This document shows positions 1 to 12,900 of a DNA stretch of 64,000 nucleotides, in pieces. The notes beneath the pieces were generated by a model. That model searched no databases and was not told the origin of the DNA. It was given only the letters and a program-made list of their open reading frames with translations. This DNA comes from Macrostomum hystrix. Lineage: Eukaryota > Animalia > Platyhelminthes. The position numbers were made by a program, and so were the translations under genes. The stretch is from assembly GCA_950097015.1 (NCBI GenBank), contig CATNEN010000009.1, positions 1,550,001 through 1,614,000 of the forward strand, written 5' to 3'. Positions within the stretch are counted from its first letter, which is position 1. Each line of letters opens with the position of its first letter.

Positions 1-95
1 CCATTCCATCCCATTCCATTTTATCCTTTCCATTCCATCCATTCCATTCCATCCATTCCATTCCATCCCACCCCATCCTATCTAATCCCAATCCC
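1..95. repeat. (CCATT)n-like pentanucleotide microsatellite in the last intron of the kinase gene
   Basis: Degenerate ccattccatcccattccatt run directly upstream of the AG acceptor at 161-162. Confidence 0.85.
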
Positions 96-162
96 ATTAT
101 ATCGCATCGTATCTACACAAATAGTAAATTAACAGTGGCCGCTTGCTCATCCCCTTGGCCAG

Positions 163-606
163 GTGAAAATCTGCGACTTCGGCATGTCTCGTCCGATCTA
201 CTCCTCCGACTATTGCCGCGTGGACGGCGGCCGCGGCTCCGCCCTGCCCATCCGCTGGATGTCCTGGGAGGCCGTCCTGCAGGGCCGCTTCTCCAGCCGC
301 AGCGACGTCTGGAGCTTCGCCGTGACGCTGTGGGAAATGCTCAGCTTCTGCCGGGAGCAGCCGTTCGCCAGCCTGACAGACGAGCAGGTGGTGGCAAACT
401 GCCAGCACATCTGGCTCTGCGACGGCCTGGCGCAGGCCCTGCCCTGCCCGGCGGGCTGCCAGCGGGAGCTGTACGACCTGATGTGCGAGTGCTGGCAGCG
501 GGACGAGGCGTGCAGGCCGGCCTTCCGCGAGATTCACCTGTTCCTGCAGCGGAAGAACATGGGCTTCGCGCCGGCAGATGACCGGCTGCTCAGGCAGCTG
601 GCTTGA
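163..606 (+). CDS. DDR: Terminal coding exon of a discoidin domain receptor (DDR)-family tyrosine kinase (kinase C-lobe); rest of gene upstream of window
   Basis: Acceptor ccttggccag at 161-162. Translation VKICDFGMSR..Y..DY..LPIRWMSWEAVLQGRFSSRSDVWSFAVTLWEMLSFCREQPF..LTDEQV..CP..C..ELYDLMCECWQRD...RPAFREIHLFLQRKNMGF matches the DDR kinase signature (WE..L.G.F, C.EQP...LTDEQV, LFL.RKN.G). Stop TGA 604-606. Confidence 0.85.
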   Translation: MKICDFGMSRPIYSSDYCRVDGGRGSALPIRWMSWEAVLQGRFSSRSDVWSFAVTLWEMLSFCREQPFASLTDEQVVANCQHIWLCDGLAQALPCPAGCQRELYDLMCECWQRDEACRPAFREIHLFLQRKNMGFAPADDRLLRQLA

Positions 607-1129
607 GCCGCTGAAGCCATTCAGCTGTGGACTTTGATCCTTTTAATTTCTTGGAAAACTGACGATTGGCCTCATAAATGGAATTAGACTTTGAATTCTG
701 TAAACCAAAGAATGTCCTAGACTGCCTACTGATGCTAACAGTCACTGAAGCATCCAGACTATTCCTGACACATTTGCCAAAGGTGGATAGCGACTGTGAC
801 TCTGACTGGAGCAAGAAATATCCCAACAATGGACCGCAACTCACCTTATAGCCAGAAAAGACATGCGAAATTCTTACTTCTGTTCATCGCTCCGACACTC
901 AACCTGTTTGTGATTGTTTAAATTCTCTCTTTGCAAAGATTTCTTTTTCGTTTTGGCTTTGTTAATTGGTCCACTCAGCATTGCATTTATTACTCCCACA
1001 AACCGTGTTTACCGGCGTGTCTGAAGCCCCCCCTAAGCCTGCAATCTGTTGTCCGTTGCTTAATTCAAACTGTACAGGCGTCATAATTATTGGATTAACT
1101 GGAGTACTGCATAAGCTGCACCTAGTACA

Positions 1130-1380
1130 CCTGTGGGATTATTAGGTACACCGGTTGAATTAAATTGTACACCTGTTGTATTATTGGGTACCCCTATTGG
1201 GTTATAAGGTACACCTGTTTGATTATTAGGTACACCTGTTTGATTATTAGGTACACCTGTTTGGTTATCGGGTACCCCTGTTGGATTATTAGGTACACAT
1301 GTTTTGCAACCTAATATAAACTTTGAGTCACCTGGTTCAACTGCAAGGTCACGCGGTACACCAGTTGGGTGACCTGCTAC
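1130..1380. repeat. Degenerate ~21-bp minisatellite (tacacctgtttgattattagg)
   Basis: Several imperfect tandem copies visible 3' of the kinase gene. Confidence 0.7.
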
Positions 1381-2603
1381 ACCTGTTGGACAGGGGTGTA
1401 TTTTTCAGCACAATGCTTCAGTGGAGTTGTTGTTCTCACAGAATGAATCAAACGCTGCACCCGACTGTCATTTTTGTTCATTTACAAACGGTTTCAGTTA
1501 TTTAAAATTTCATTTTTGCAATTTTAATTTTTGCACTGGCCCTCAGATTAAGCACTATCTGTCATCTACTATTAGTAATATGAAAGCTTTCTATATTTTA
1601 TAGCACAAAACCTGGTCAAAATCCGATCCTAAACTTGTTGAATTCAATTGCAATAGCTTTGGCCATAGACTAATGCAATAATGTGTGTTCAAAAATATAT
1701 TGATCCGTACCGCTTGTCTTGTACTCTTCAGAGCTGCACCTTTCCAGTAAATATTCGGCTTGCACTTTATCAGTTGTGGGATCAGTGGCCTCTGCAACAA
1801 TCTACAAGGATTTATGGCAATGCACTCTACATCCTACCCTTCACTCTACAACCGGGCAACCACTTCCGTAGTGGGCTGCTCCAGCCAATTAGTGCAGGGC
1901 GGAGGGGAGGGAGTAAGTAGTCAGTTGAATGGCTGCTCCAGCCAATCAGTGCAGGGCGGAGGGGAGGGGGGTAAGATGGCCTCTCTAGCCAATCAGTGCA
2001 AGGCGGAGGCAGAGGGGGCAAGACGGCCAAAGAATTGAAATGTAAGCCACTCAATGACAAATTACGAATAGGCAGTTGTTGTATAATTTTATGTCGTTTC
2101 AGAGTTTAATTATTTTTAGTTCGCGCTAACTAAGTAGAAACGTGCATGTTACTTTAAGTAGGCTGATTAAAGAGAAAAAACATCTCTGAAAAATCCCTGC
2201 TTACAGTAGTATAAATACATAGTGCCAGTTTCCCAAGGCAGCAAAGAGTTCTATGCAGTTAGTAGCAAACTAACAGTCAGTAAAACTGTCGAAAAAATGT
2301 AAGATTTTAAATAAAAATTTGCGAGCAAGTCTACCGAACCCTGCCTGGTCAGCTAAGGCAGCAAAAAGAAAAAAACAGCTAGATAAAATGCTTGGCAACG
2401 TGAGCTATGATTACATTAGCAACCTGCTAAAAGGTCTTCGATTAAATAAAAATATACACACAGACTTCTTAAGGGACCGGGAATGCTTTGGAACAAAGTT
2501 TAAGTGACACGCGGTGGGCGGCTGACCGACCATGCAACTAACTAGCTCAGTTAGTCAGTAACCAGACATCGGATTTGAGCACTGGGCTTCGCTGACCATT
2601 GCA

Positions 2604-3390
2604 TAGGTCAACTGACCCCCTCTGATCCTGATTAGGTCAACTGACCCCCTCTGATGCTGATTAGGTCAACTGACCCCCTCTGATGCTGATTAGGTCAACT
2701 GACCCCCTCTGATGCTGATTAGGTCAACTGACCCCCTCTGATGCTGATTAGGTCAACTGACCCCCTCTGATGCTGATTAGGTCAACTGACCCCCTCTGAT
2801 GCTGATTAGGTCAACTGACCCCTCTGATGCTGATTAGGTCAACTGAACACTCTGATGCTGATTAGGTCAACTGAACACTCTGATTCTGATTAGGTCAACC
2901 GAACCCTCTGATGCTGAATAGGCCAACTGACCCCTCTGATTCTGATTAGGTCAACTGACCCCTCTGATTCTGATTAGGTCAACTGAACCCTCTGATGCTG
3001 ATTAGGTCAACTGAACACTCTGATGCTGATTAGGTCAACTGAACACTCTGATTCTGATTAGGTCAACTGACCCCTCTGATTCTGATTAGGTCAACTGAAC
3101 CCTCTGATGCTGATTAGGTCAACTGAACACTCTGATGCTGATTAGGTCAACTGAACACTCTGATTCTGATTAGGTCAACTGAACCCTCTGATTCTGATTA
3201 GGTCAACTGACCCCACTGATGCTGAATAGGTCAAGTGACCCACTCTGATGCTGAATAGGTCAAGTGACCCACTCTGATGCTGAATAGGTCAAGTGACCCA
3301 CTCTGATGCTGAATAGGTCAAGTGACCCACTCTGATGCTGAATAGGTCAAGTGACCCACTCTGATGCTGAATACAATAAATGACCCCCTC
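2604..3390. repeat. 28-29-bp minisatellite (ttaggtcaactgaccc(c)ctctgatgctga)
   Basis: Roughly 27 tandem copies with gradual variant drift along the array. Confidence 0.95.
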
Positions 3391-3679
3391 TGACCTACTA
3401 GAAGCCGCATTGACTACTCAAATCCGATCTCTTTTAGTAAAACTGTAACAAAAAACTGAATAAAAAGTGGAATATTTTAGTTAAAGAAGTAGAAAAAAAG
3501 AGTGGTATGAAATATGCATTAAGGAATGTAAAGAGTAGTATGAAATATGCATTAAGGAATGTCATTTAACAAAACTCGCACAGCAACAGTTTGAATACAC
3601 TCCACTTACAAGTCACTTTACCCGAATATAATGTCAGTCAATCGTGATTCATTTAAATTGTGGGTCAGCTCAGGCAATG

Positions 3680-3994
3680 GTGGGTCAGGTCAGACAATGG
3701 GTCAGGTTAGACAATGGGTCAAGTCAGACAATGGGTAAGTTTAGACAGTTTAGAGTTTGGGTCAGGTCACGCGAAGTATGGTGGGTCAGGTGAAGTATGG
3801 TGGGTCAGGTGAGGTATGTTGGGTCAGGTGAGGTATGGTGGGTCAGGTGAAGTATGGTGGGTCAGGTGAAGAACGGTGGGTCAGGTGAAGTACAGTGGGT
3901 CAGGTGAGGTACGGTGGGTCAGGTGAGGTATGGTGGGTCAGGTGAGGTACGGTGGGTCAGGTGAGGTATGGTGGGTCAGGTGAAATATGGTGGG
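3680..3994. repeat. 20-bp minisatellite (ggtgggtcaggtgaggtatg) abutting the GLG1 stop codon
   Basis: Tandem copies run up to the TCA (minus-strand TGA) at 3995-3997. Confidence 0.9.
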
Positions 3995-6900
3995 TCATCT
4001 CATAGTTTTAACCTTCCTGTGCAGCAGTCCGCAGAACCCCCGCCGGCAGCCGCGGCCGCCACAGAAGCCGAGCACAAACGCCAGCAGCAGCATGCTGAGG
4101 GTCAGAGCAACAAAATAGGCCCTGACCGGAGACTCATTAACCTGCAATGCCAGCCCGCTGAGCGACTCTGGCTGAGCAATGCCGGCGGCCTTTATGAGTC
4201 GCAGCCGCTGCTCCAGGGCCAGCGAGCACTCGCGGCCAATGAGCAGCCGGGTCGAGGCGACATTGAAGGCGGTAACAATGCAGCGCATTTGACGGCCGCC
4301 TCCCAGAGACACGCTGGGACACAGCCGCGTGACCTCCGAGCTGCAGGCCTTGTAGAGCAGCGGGTCAACGTGTATGTCTGCGGCGGACTCGTGAGCAAGG
4401 CGGCGCACCTCGCTGCTGCACTCAGCGGAGCGAATGCGGCCCTGGGCCAGGAGCCGCTTCAAGCACTCGGTGACTCTGAACAGGCTGCTGCCGCTGTCGC
4501 GGACGTCCTCCAGCTCTGCGTGGCAGTAGCTCTCCGCCACCTGGCGATGGGGCAGAAAACTTTAGCTTAAAAAACTGGGTGGAGACCGCAGCCGATTGAC
4601 AAAGAAGGGTCAACCTAAGATTCCAAGGGGTCACAATGCGAGCCAGTCTGAGATTCCAGTGGGTCACAGGATGGGTCAGCCTGAGATTCTAGTGGGTCAC
4701 AGGGTGGGTCAGCCTGAAAGTCCAATGGGTCACGGAGTGGGTCACCCTGAGATTCAAGTGAGTCACAGAGTGCGTCAGCCTAAGATTCCTATGGGTCACA
4801 GAGCGGCTCAACCTAAGATTCCAGTGGGTTACAGAGTGGGTCACCCTGAGATTCAAGTGGGTCACAGAGTGGGTCAGCCTGAAAGTCCAATGGGTCACGG
4901 AGTGGGTCACCCTGAGATTCAAGTGAGTCACAGAGTGCGTCAGCCTAAGATTCCAATGGGTCACAGAGTGGGTCAGCCTGAGATCCCAGTGGGTCAACCT
5001 AAGATTCCAATGGGTCACAGAGTGGGTCAACCAAAGATTCCAATGGTCACAGAGTGGGTCAATCAAAGATTCCAACGGGTCACAGATTGGGTCAACCAAA
5101 GTTTCCAACGTGTCACAGAGTGGGTCAACCAAAGATTCCAACGGGTCACAGAGTGGGTCAGCCTAAGATTCCAATGGGTCACAGAGTGGGTCAACCAAAG
5201 ATTCCAATGGGTCACAGAGTGGGTCAATCAAATATTCCAACGGGTCACAGATTGGGTCAACCAAAGTTTCCAACGTGTCACAGAGTGGGTCAACCTAAGA
5301 TTCCAATGGGTCACAGAGTGGGTCAATCAAAGATTCCAACGGGTCACAGATTGGGTCAACCAAAGTTTCCAACGTGTCACAGAGTGGGTCAACCAAAGAT
5401 TCCAATGGGTCACAGAGTGGGTCAACCAAAGATTCCAATGGGTCACAGAGTGGGTCAATCAAATATTCCAACGGGTCACAGATTGGGTCAACCAAAGTTT
5501 CCAACGTGTCACAGAGTGGGTCAACCTAAGATTCCAATGGGTCACAGAGTGGGTCAACCAAAGATTCCGATGGGTCACAGAGTGGGTCAACCAAAGATTC
5601 CAACGGGTCACAGAGTGGGTCAACCTGAGATCCCAGTGGGTCAGAACATACCTGACTACAAGCGGCAGCCAGCCGAGGATCCAGGCGATAGTTCAGGTTG
5701 AACTCCAGGGCCAGGCTGCGCAAGTAGCTGCGGCACTGCTTTCGCACTACCAGCGCCTTGCCAGGCGGTGCAGCCGCAGGAGGCCGGCCGGCGGCCGCAG
5801 CGTCGTCCTCGGTGGCGATGAGGTCGCGAAGGCAGCGAGTGACGGCGCCCTGGTTACTGGGATCTGGGGCGGCGGCGTCCCGCTTGTCGGCTTCCAGCTT
5901 CTGCTTCTCGCAGTGCCTGGACGATTGGAGTAAAATTGAAATATTGAAATAAAGACCTGACAAATTGACATAGAGACCTGACACATTGACATAGAGACCT
6001 GACACATTGACACAAAGACCTGACACATTAAGATATAGACCTGACACATTGACACAAAGACCTGACACATTAAGATATAGACCTGACACATTGACATAGA
6101 GACCTGACACATTGAAACAGAGACCTGACACATTAAAAAGCCACTTGACTCACCTGTTAATATCGACTCCGCAGTAGCGCTGCAGCTCCGGATTAAGCCG
6201 ATAATCCGCCTGCTGCATTAGCATCCGCTCGTTGACCACGGAGAAACAGTTGGCGTCGAAGGAGGCGTGGTGCATGCGGGCCCGCAGGCAGGTGTACAGC
6301 TCCACAGGCCGAGACACCCGGTCTGAGCAGTACCTGGAGATCATGCGCTGGCAGGCTTGCATCAGCTTGGCGTCCAGCACCGGCACATTCAGCAGCACCT
6401 GTCGCAGGTGGGAATGGTTGGAGGGTCCCTTACTAATCAAGCAATTATGACAGGATTAAGTGGGTCATGGATGAACTATCTTTAGTGATGACCGGATTAT
6501 CGTGGGTACAGGACGGATTATCGTGGGTCAAGGACTCATGACCACAAGGATTATCGCGGGTCATGGCCAGATTATCGTGGATCACAGCCGGATTATCGAG
6601 GGTTTTGGCTGAGATATAATTTTTCATGGATGAATTATCGTTGGTGATAAACCGAATTATGTGTTATCCGTGATTAAATATAATACCGTGGATCATGACC
6701 AGATTATCGTGGGTTATGGCCAGAATATCGTTGGTCATGGCCGGATTATCGAGGGTTATGGTCAGAATATCGTTGGTCATGGCCGGATTATCGAGGGTTA
6801 TGGTCAGAATATCGTTGGTCATGGCCGGATTATCGTCAGTCATGGCCGGATTATCGTGGGTCATTAACGGATTATCGTGATTCGTTGACAGATTATCGTG

Positions 6901-9900
6901 GGTCGTTGACGGATTATCGGACGGATGCGGCCTCACCTTGTCCTGCTGGAACAGCGCAGCTCGGCACTCGCGCCCGACCCGGCCGCCGTTGGAATCGGCT
7001 GAGGCAGCCTTCCGCAGGCAGGCGACGCGATCTTCGGAGCCACCAGGCGGACAGAGGCTGCGTAGCTCTGTGTCGCAGCTGACGGCCAGGCTGGGGTCCA
7101 GACCGGGCAGACGGCGCAGCTGCAGCAGCTCCAGCGACACCTGCCGCTGACATGCTGGGGACAGGCGCTGCTGACGACCCTTGAGAACATCGTCGCGAGC
7201 GGCGGTGGCCAGGCAGCGGACCACGGTGACCTTGTCAGCTGACAACACGGAACCCCCGGCGGCGGCAGCCGCTCCGTCGGCTTTGGCGCTAGTGCAGAGC
7301 CGGCCGATGTCGGACTCGCAGGCGGCGGCGAAGTCGCGGCTGATGTGGTAGTCCCGCATGGACACCAGCTGGTGGTGCTCCACCCCAGCCCGGCAGCGAC
7401 GGTCCATCTGGGAGTGGCCCTTGCGGGCGATCAGGCAGCTCATCACCGTCTCTGTGGGCAGCGGAACAGGATTATATTTAGAACAGGATTAGAATTAAAA
7501 CAGGACCAGAAATAGAACAAGATCTGAGTTAGAACAGGATCAGAATAAGAACAGGATCAGAATTAGAACAGGATCAGAATTAGAACAGGATCAGAATTAG
7601 AACAGGATCAGAATTAGAACAGGATCAGAATTAGAACAGGATCAGAATTAGAACAGGATCGGAATTACAACAGGATCAGAATTAGAACAGGATCAGAATT
7701 AGAACAGGATCGGAATTAGAACAGGATCAGAATTAGAACAGGATCAGAATTAGAACAGGATCAGAATTAGAACAGGATCAGAATGAGAACAGAATTAGAA
7801 CAGGATCAGAATTAGAACAGGATAAGAATTAGAACAGGATCAGAATTAGAACAGGATGAGCAGCAGAGATAAAAGTACACTCACTGTCCAATCCGAGTTG
7901 GCCCTCAGCCCGATTGCAATACTTCCTGACGAAGTCCTGGCAGCTCTGCACGAAGATGACATCGGGGCTGACATCGAGGTTTTCATCGATGCGCACGGAC
8001 AGCTGCCTCACAATAGCGCCGCACGTCTTGTCCAGCAGATTGATGTTGTCCTGAAGGCAGGCGAACTCTTCCCCGGACCCGCGGCTCTTCAGACAGAGCC
8101 GGGAGAGGTCGCGCAGGCAGGGCGTGAAGAGGCGGGGATCCAGGCGCGAACGGGTGGCGCGATCGTGCAGACTCTTCGTGAGCTGGGCCGCGCAACCCTT
8201 GTCAATTCTGGCGGGGGAAACTGGTTGTGTCTTTTAGGGTGCCCAGCGACGGATGTACTTTCGCAAGGGGGGCACTTGTACTTTTAGGGCGCCCAGCGAC
8301 GAATGTACTTTTGCAGGCAGAAACAAGTTGAAATTTTAGGGGTGCCCAGCGACGGGTGTACTTTTGCAAGGGGGAAAAACTTGTACTTTTAGGGCGTCCA
8401 GCGACGGATGTACTTTTGCAGGCAGAAACAAGTTGAACTTTTGGGTGCCCAGCGACGGATGTACTTCCGCAGGGAGAAATCGGTTGTACTTTTGGGGTGC
8501 CTAGTGACTGCTGCGATTCCAGCCATGACTCCTGCTGCGATTCTAGCCATGACTTCTGCTGCAGTTTTAGGCATGACTCCTGCTGCGATTTCAGCCATGA
8601 CTCCTGCTGCGATTCTAGCCATGACTCCTGCTGCAGTTTTAGGCATGACTCCTGCTGCGATTCCAGCTGTGAGTCCTGCTGCGATTTCAGCCATGACTCC
8701 TGCTGCGATTCTAGCCATGACTCCTGCTGCGATTCTAGCCATGACTCCTGCTGCAGTTTTAGGCATGACTCCTGCTGCGATTCTAGCCATGACTCCTGCT
8801 GCGATTCTAGCCATGACTCCTGCTGCAGTTTTAGGCATGACTCCTGCTGCGATTCCAGCTGTGAGTCCTGCTGCGATTTCAGCCATGACTCCTGCTGCAG
8901 TTTTAGGCATGACTCCTGCTGCGATTCCAGCTGTGAGTCCTGCTGCGATTCCAGCCATGACTCCTGCTGCGATTCCAGCTGTGAGTCCTGCTGCGATTCT
9001 AGCCATGACTCCTGCTGCTAGCCGATAAAACAGCAGCCCTGAGCAGAAGTCTACCCAACCTACCCAAAGCCAGATGCAGTAGCAAAGAAAAAAAAATCAA
9101 TGAGGTTGAACTGTACGAGCAGTCACCAAAACTGCATAAATTGGATTGCGCTAACAATAGCAGGCAGAAATAGCAGAAATGCCACCCCAACTCACTTATT
9201 ATTATTTTGATTCATCAAACGAAAGAGGCAGTTGAAAACCACGGCGCTAGCGCGATACTGTCCGTTGCCATTGGCAACCAGGCTGTTGCCGTTGCCGCCG
9301 GAGTCTCTCCACCAGCCGTCCCGCACGCCGCAGCTGTCCCTGGCCTCGGCCTGACAGGCTCGGTACAGGTCCACATTCAGGCGGAAGTCGCGATTCTCAA
9401 AGTAGACCAGCTCAGCGATGCGGTCGGCGCACTCGGTGTTGATGCTGTCTCGCCGCACCGCCAGGATGGACTTCAGGCAGGCGTAGACGCTGACGACACC
9501 AGGAGCCGAGCAGTGGGTTCGAATCTCGCCCGAGCAGGCGCCCATGACAACGGGATCGGCGCGCAGGTCCTTCATGGGCATGGCGACGCGGAGCACTCGG
9601 TCAACGGCTCGTTCGCACGGATGGGTGGCGTTGTCGGAGGTGGCGGTGTCTGGAATGGCGTCCCTAGCAGCGCGCAGTTGTCGCATGATGCAGTGCAGAA
9701 GGCCCGTCTCGGATGTGCGATCGGCCCGGCAGGACTGCAGCTGGGCGGCGCAGCTCGCGGCCAGCTCCGGCAACAAGCGGGGATCGGACAGGAAGTCGGA
9801 GCGGACCTGGGGGACTCGGCAATCGGCCCAGATTCAAGGGTGATAAATGATACGCCACAGCCAGACACTAATGTGTTTAGAGTGCCATTCTCCCAGTTTG

Positions 9901-12900
9901 GAGTGCCATTTTCCCAGTTTGGAGTGCCATTTTCCCCGTTTGGAGTGCCATTCTCCCAGTTTGGAGTGCCATTCTCCCAGTTTGGAGTGCCATTTTCCCA
10001 GTTTGGAGTGCCATTTCCCCCGTTTGGAGTGCCATTTTCCCAGTCTGGAGTGCCTTTTCCAAGTCTGGAGTGCCATTTTCCCAGTCTGGAGTGTCATTCT
10101 CTTAGTCCATTGTGCCATTCTCTTAGTCCATTGTGCCATTCTCTTAGTCCATTGTGCCAGTCTCGCAGTCCATAGTGCCAATCTCCCAGTCCATAGTGCC
10201 AGTCTCACAGTCCATTGTGCCATTCTCCCAGTCCATTGTGCCATTGTCCCAGTTCATTGTGCCATACTCCAAGTCCATTGTGCCAGTCTCCCATTCTATC
10301 AGTCCATTGTGTCAGTCTCACATCGACCATGGCTGCCTGACAGTCGCCAGTCACCGACTTGGCGCCCTTGGTGATGAGGCCGCTCTCCAGGCACATCAAG
10401 GCCGCGGCAGAGCCAGACGGTTCGCCCTGGGGCGCCAGGCAGCCCAGGCTGCGCAGGTCGGGGCCGCAGGTGTCGGAGAATCGCCGATAGATGGCGAAGT
10501 CGAAGGCGGCGAGGCTGCGCACGCGGGCCAGTTCCACCTGGCAGGCGGCTGCGGCGCTTTCGCGCTGTCGATTCAGGCAGGCGAGGACGCGGCCGGCGCC
10601 CGACGAGACGGCGCCGCAGAGGCGCTCGCGTTCGTCCCGACAGGCGTAGTACAGGGGCCGGTCGTTGTGGTAGTCGGAGGTCTGCAGCTCCGCCAGGCGC
10701 AACAGCTGCAGCCGGCAGGGGTGGCTGACGACGGCGATCTTCGTCCCCAGGCAAGCAACAGTGCGGCCCTGCGCGTGCCGGAGGGCGACAGACGGGTGAT
10801 AATGATTGACTGGTGTACACAGGCCCCACAAACAGCAATCTGTGTGTACACAGGCCCCACAAACAGCAATCTGTGTGTACACAGGCCCCACAAACAGCAA
10901 TCTGTGTGTACACAGGCCCCACAAACAGCAATCTGTGTGTACACAGGCCCCACAAACACCAATCAGTGTGTACACAGGCCCCACAAACAGCAATCTGGGT
11001 GTACACAGGCCCCACTAACCAGCAATGTAGGTAAACTTTTGTCGATTTTCTCACCTGGCTAGTTGGCATCGAAGCCGAGACGCCGGAGGTCGCAGGTTCG
11101 AGTCGGCCGCACTCAGTCCGCGACACGTCAGCCTTGCAAGTGCTAATGAAACGGTCGACAAGGCGAAAATCGGCAAATACCAGCGGTTCGAGTCGCCTCA
11201 GGTAGGACCGACAGTTGCGATCGGTAACGTTGGCCAGGTGCTCGATCAGGCAGGTCAGGCGTAGGCCGCTGCGTGGCGGCTCTCTGGCGCAGGTTTTGAT
11301 ACGGCGAAGATCGCCCTGAATGTGCGGGTTTTTATGTGGTAGACAATGAGTTGATTTTTGTGCAGACTCTTAGTTTGCTGGTACGAGTCAACGGTTGTTG
11401 GGATGGGGTGAGTGGCAGAGCTGTCTAACGCGTTTGCCTCTCGCACCAATGGTACCTGAGCTCGATTCCGCGTTGACGCCACATTAACAGTAGAATTACC
11501 AAGGGGGAATTTCTCCACCTGACAATTTTCTCCCCCTTGCAGAACTCAAACTCACACGAAAATCAGGGGCCAACTTTTTGTTGTGCATCTTATGAAACAA
11601 TAAACAAGTCGCCAGCTCTTCAGAGCGTCGAGATATTCAATGGTTCTGGCCGAATGTGCCTGCATCATCTCCGCCTTTGGTGGTCACCTGCCTTTATCTA
11701 GACGGAATGTTGGACTTTCAAGGGCAACAACAGGTAGAAATTAGGCCACTCACAAACTCAATAAGCCTATTTAACTTTGTGAGTTTGTGGATGATGATAA
11801 ATCAGAATGTATGCGTCTAAAACGTGCCGATATGTTGCGAAAACACACAAAATCTTTAAGACCAGAGAGGAGGCCAACAAACCTGGCAGGCGCCGCTTGC
11901 CACAGTCTCGAATTCGATGTTGTGCGTGAGGTTGTACTTCAGCTGCCAGATGGCAGCCTGGCAGGCCGCTGGCAGAGACTGGGCGACGGCCTGGCTGCGC
12001 TGCAGGCACTCCAGCACAGCGAAGTTGTTCTTCCGCACAGCCCGACTGCAGTGGGTGCGCACCGACTCGCGGCAGGCGGGCAGCTTGTAGAGTGGCGGCC
12101 CGCCACGGCTGCGGCCGAGGAACTCCCGGACCATTAGGGCAGGCTGGCGCTGCAGCGGCGGTAGGAAGGTGGCAGCCACTGCTTCTGCCACAGCAGGAGC
12201 TGCTGTTGGACGTGCAAAGTTGTCCACTGGCAGCGCGGGAGCTTTTGCAGTTACAGGCTTTGGTTCCTCCTCTTCTGGCTGACCTGCCACAGAATAGGAT
12301 TAAAGGTGCGACAGCTTTATATTCCATTAGTGATTAGGCTAGTTAGCAAATGTTTTGCTCAGCAAATAAAACTCCTAGCTAGGTGTAATAAATAATAATT
12401 TTTAAACTTCCATTTTAAATTTGAACTAGGCTAATGTATTTAGCTAGTGTAAAAATAAAATGTTCAAATCTTGTAAAGACATTAAAACATGCCTAAAGGA
12501 CCTTTAAACAGTTGCATGGATAAAATAAGCCTAAAAAAAATAAATAAGCTACAAGAACATAATTATAAAAACATTAGCCAAACTGTGTTGAAAAGCTGGA
12601 AGTTAAGAAGAATTAAAAATTTGCTATTTGAAAATTATCAACATAAAAGTTGGCTAGTTAGGTTTTTCAAATATTCTAAAGACTTGGTTTAATCTTTGTA
12701 GGCACACTTCTGGTTATAGGGTTTTTCATTAACTATCTTTGCTGCTTTTGAATATATATAATATAACTGCATATCAATATAATTATTACATATACCTTAT
12801 ACAGTTAATTTGTTTTTTTGTAAACCAACAAGTAGAACCAGCATCTTGTTTATGATAACAAGAAGAACTAAATATGCACTAAATAGACAAGCTAGCTAGA

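Noticed and set aside
4596-5933. 445-aa and overlapping repetitive ORFs (VTEWVNQRFQ, PKIPMGHRVGQ)
   Set aside because: They arise from the 33-bp minisatellite in GLG1 intron 9 plus the antisense of a GLG1 exon.
8389-11126. Repeat ORFs MTPAAILA, SCCDSSHD (metallothionein-like), FGVPFSQ, CVHTDCCLWGL
   Set aside because: These are intronic minisatellites of GLG1; the Cys richness is a by-product of the unit sequence.
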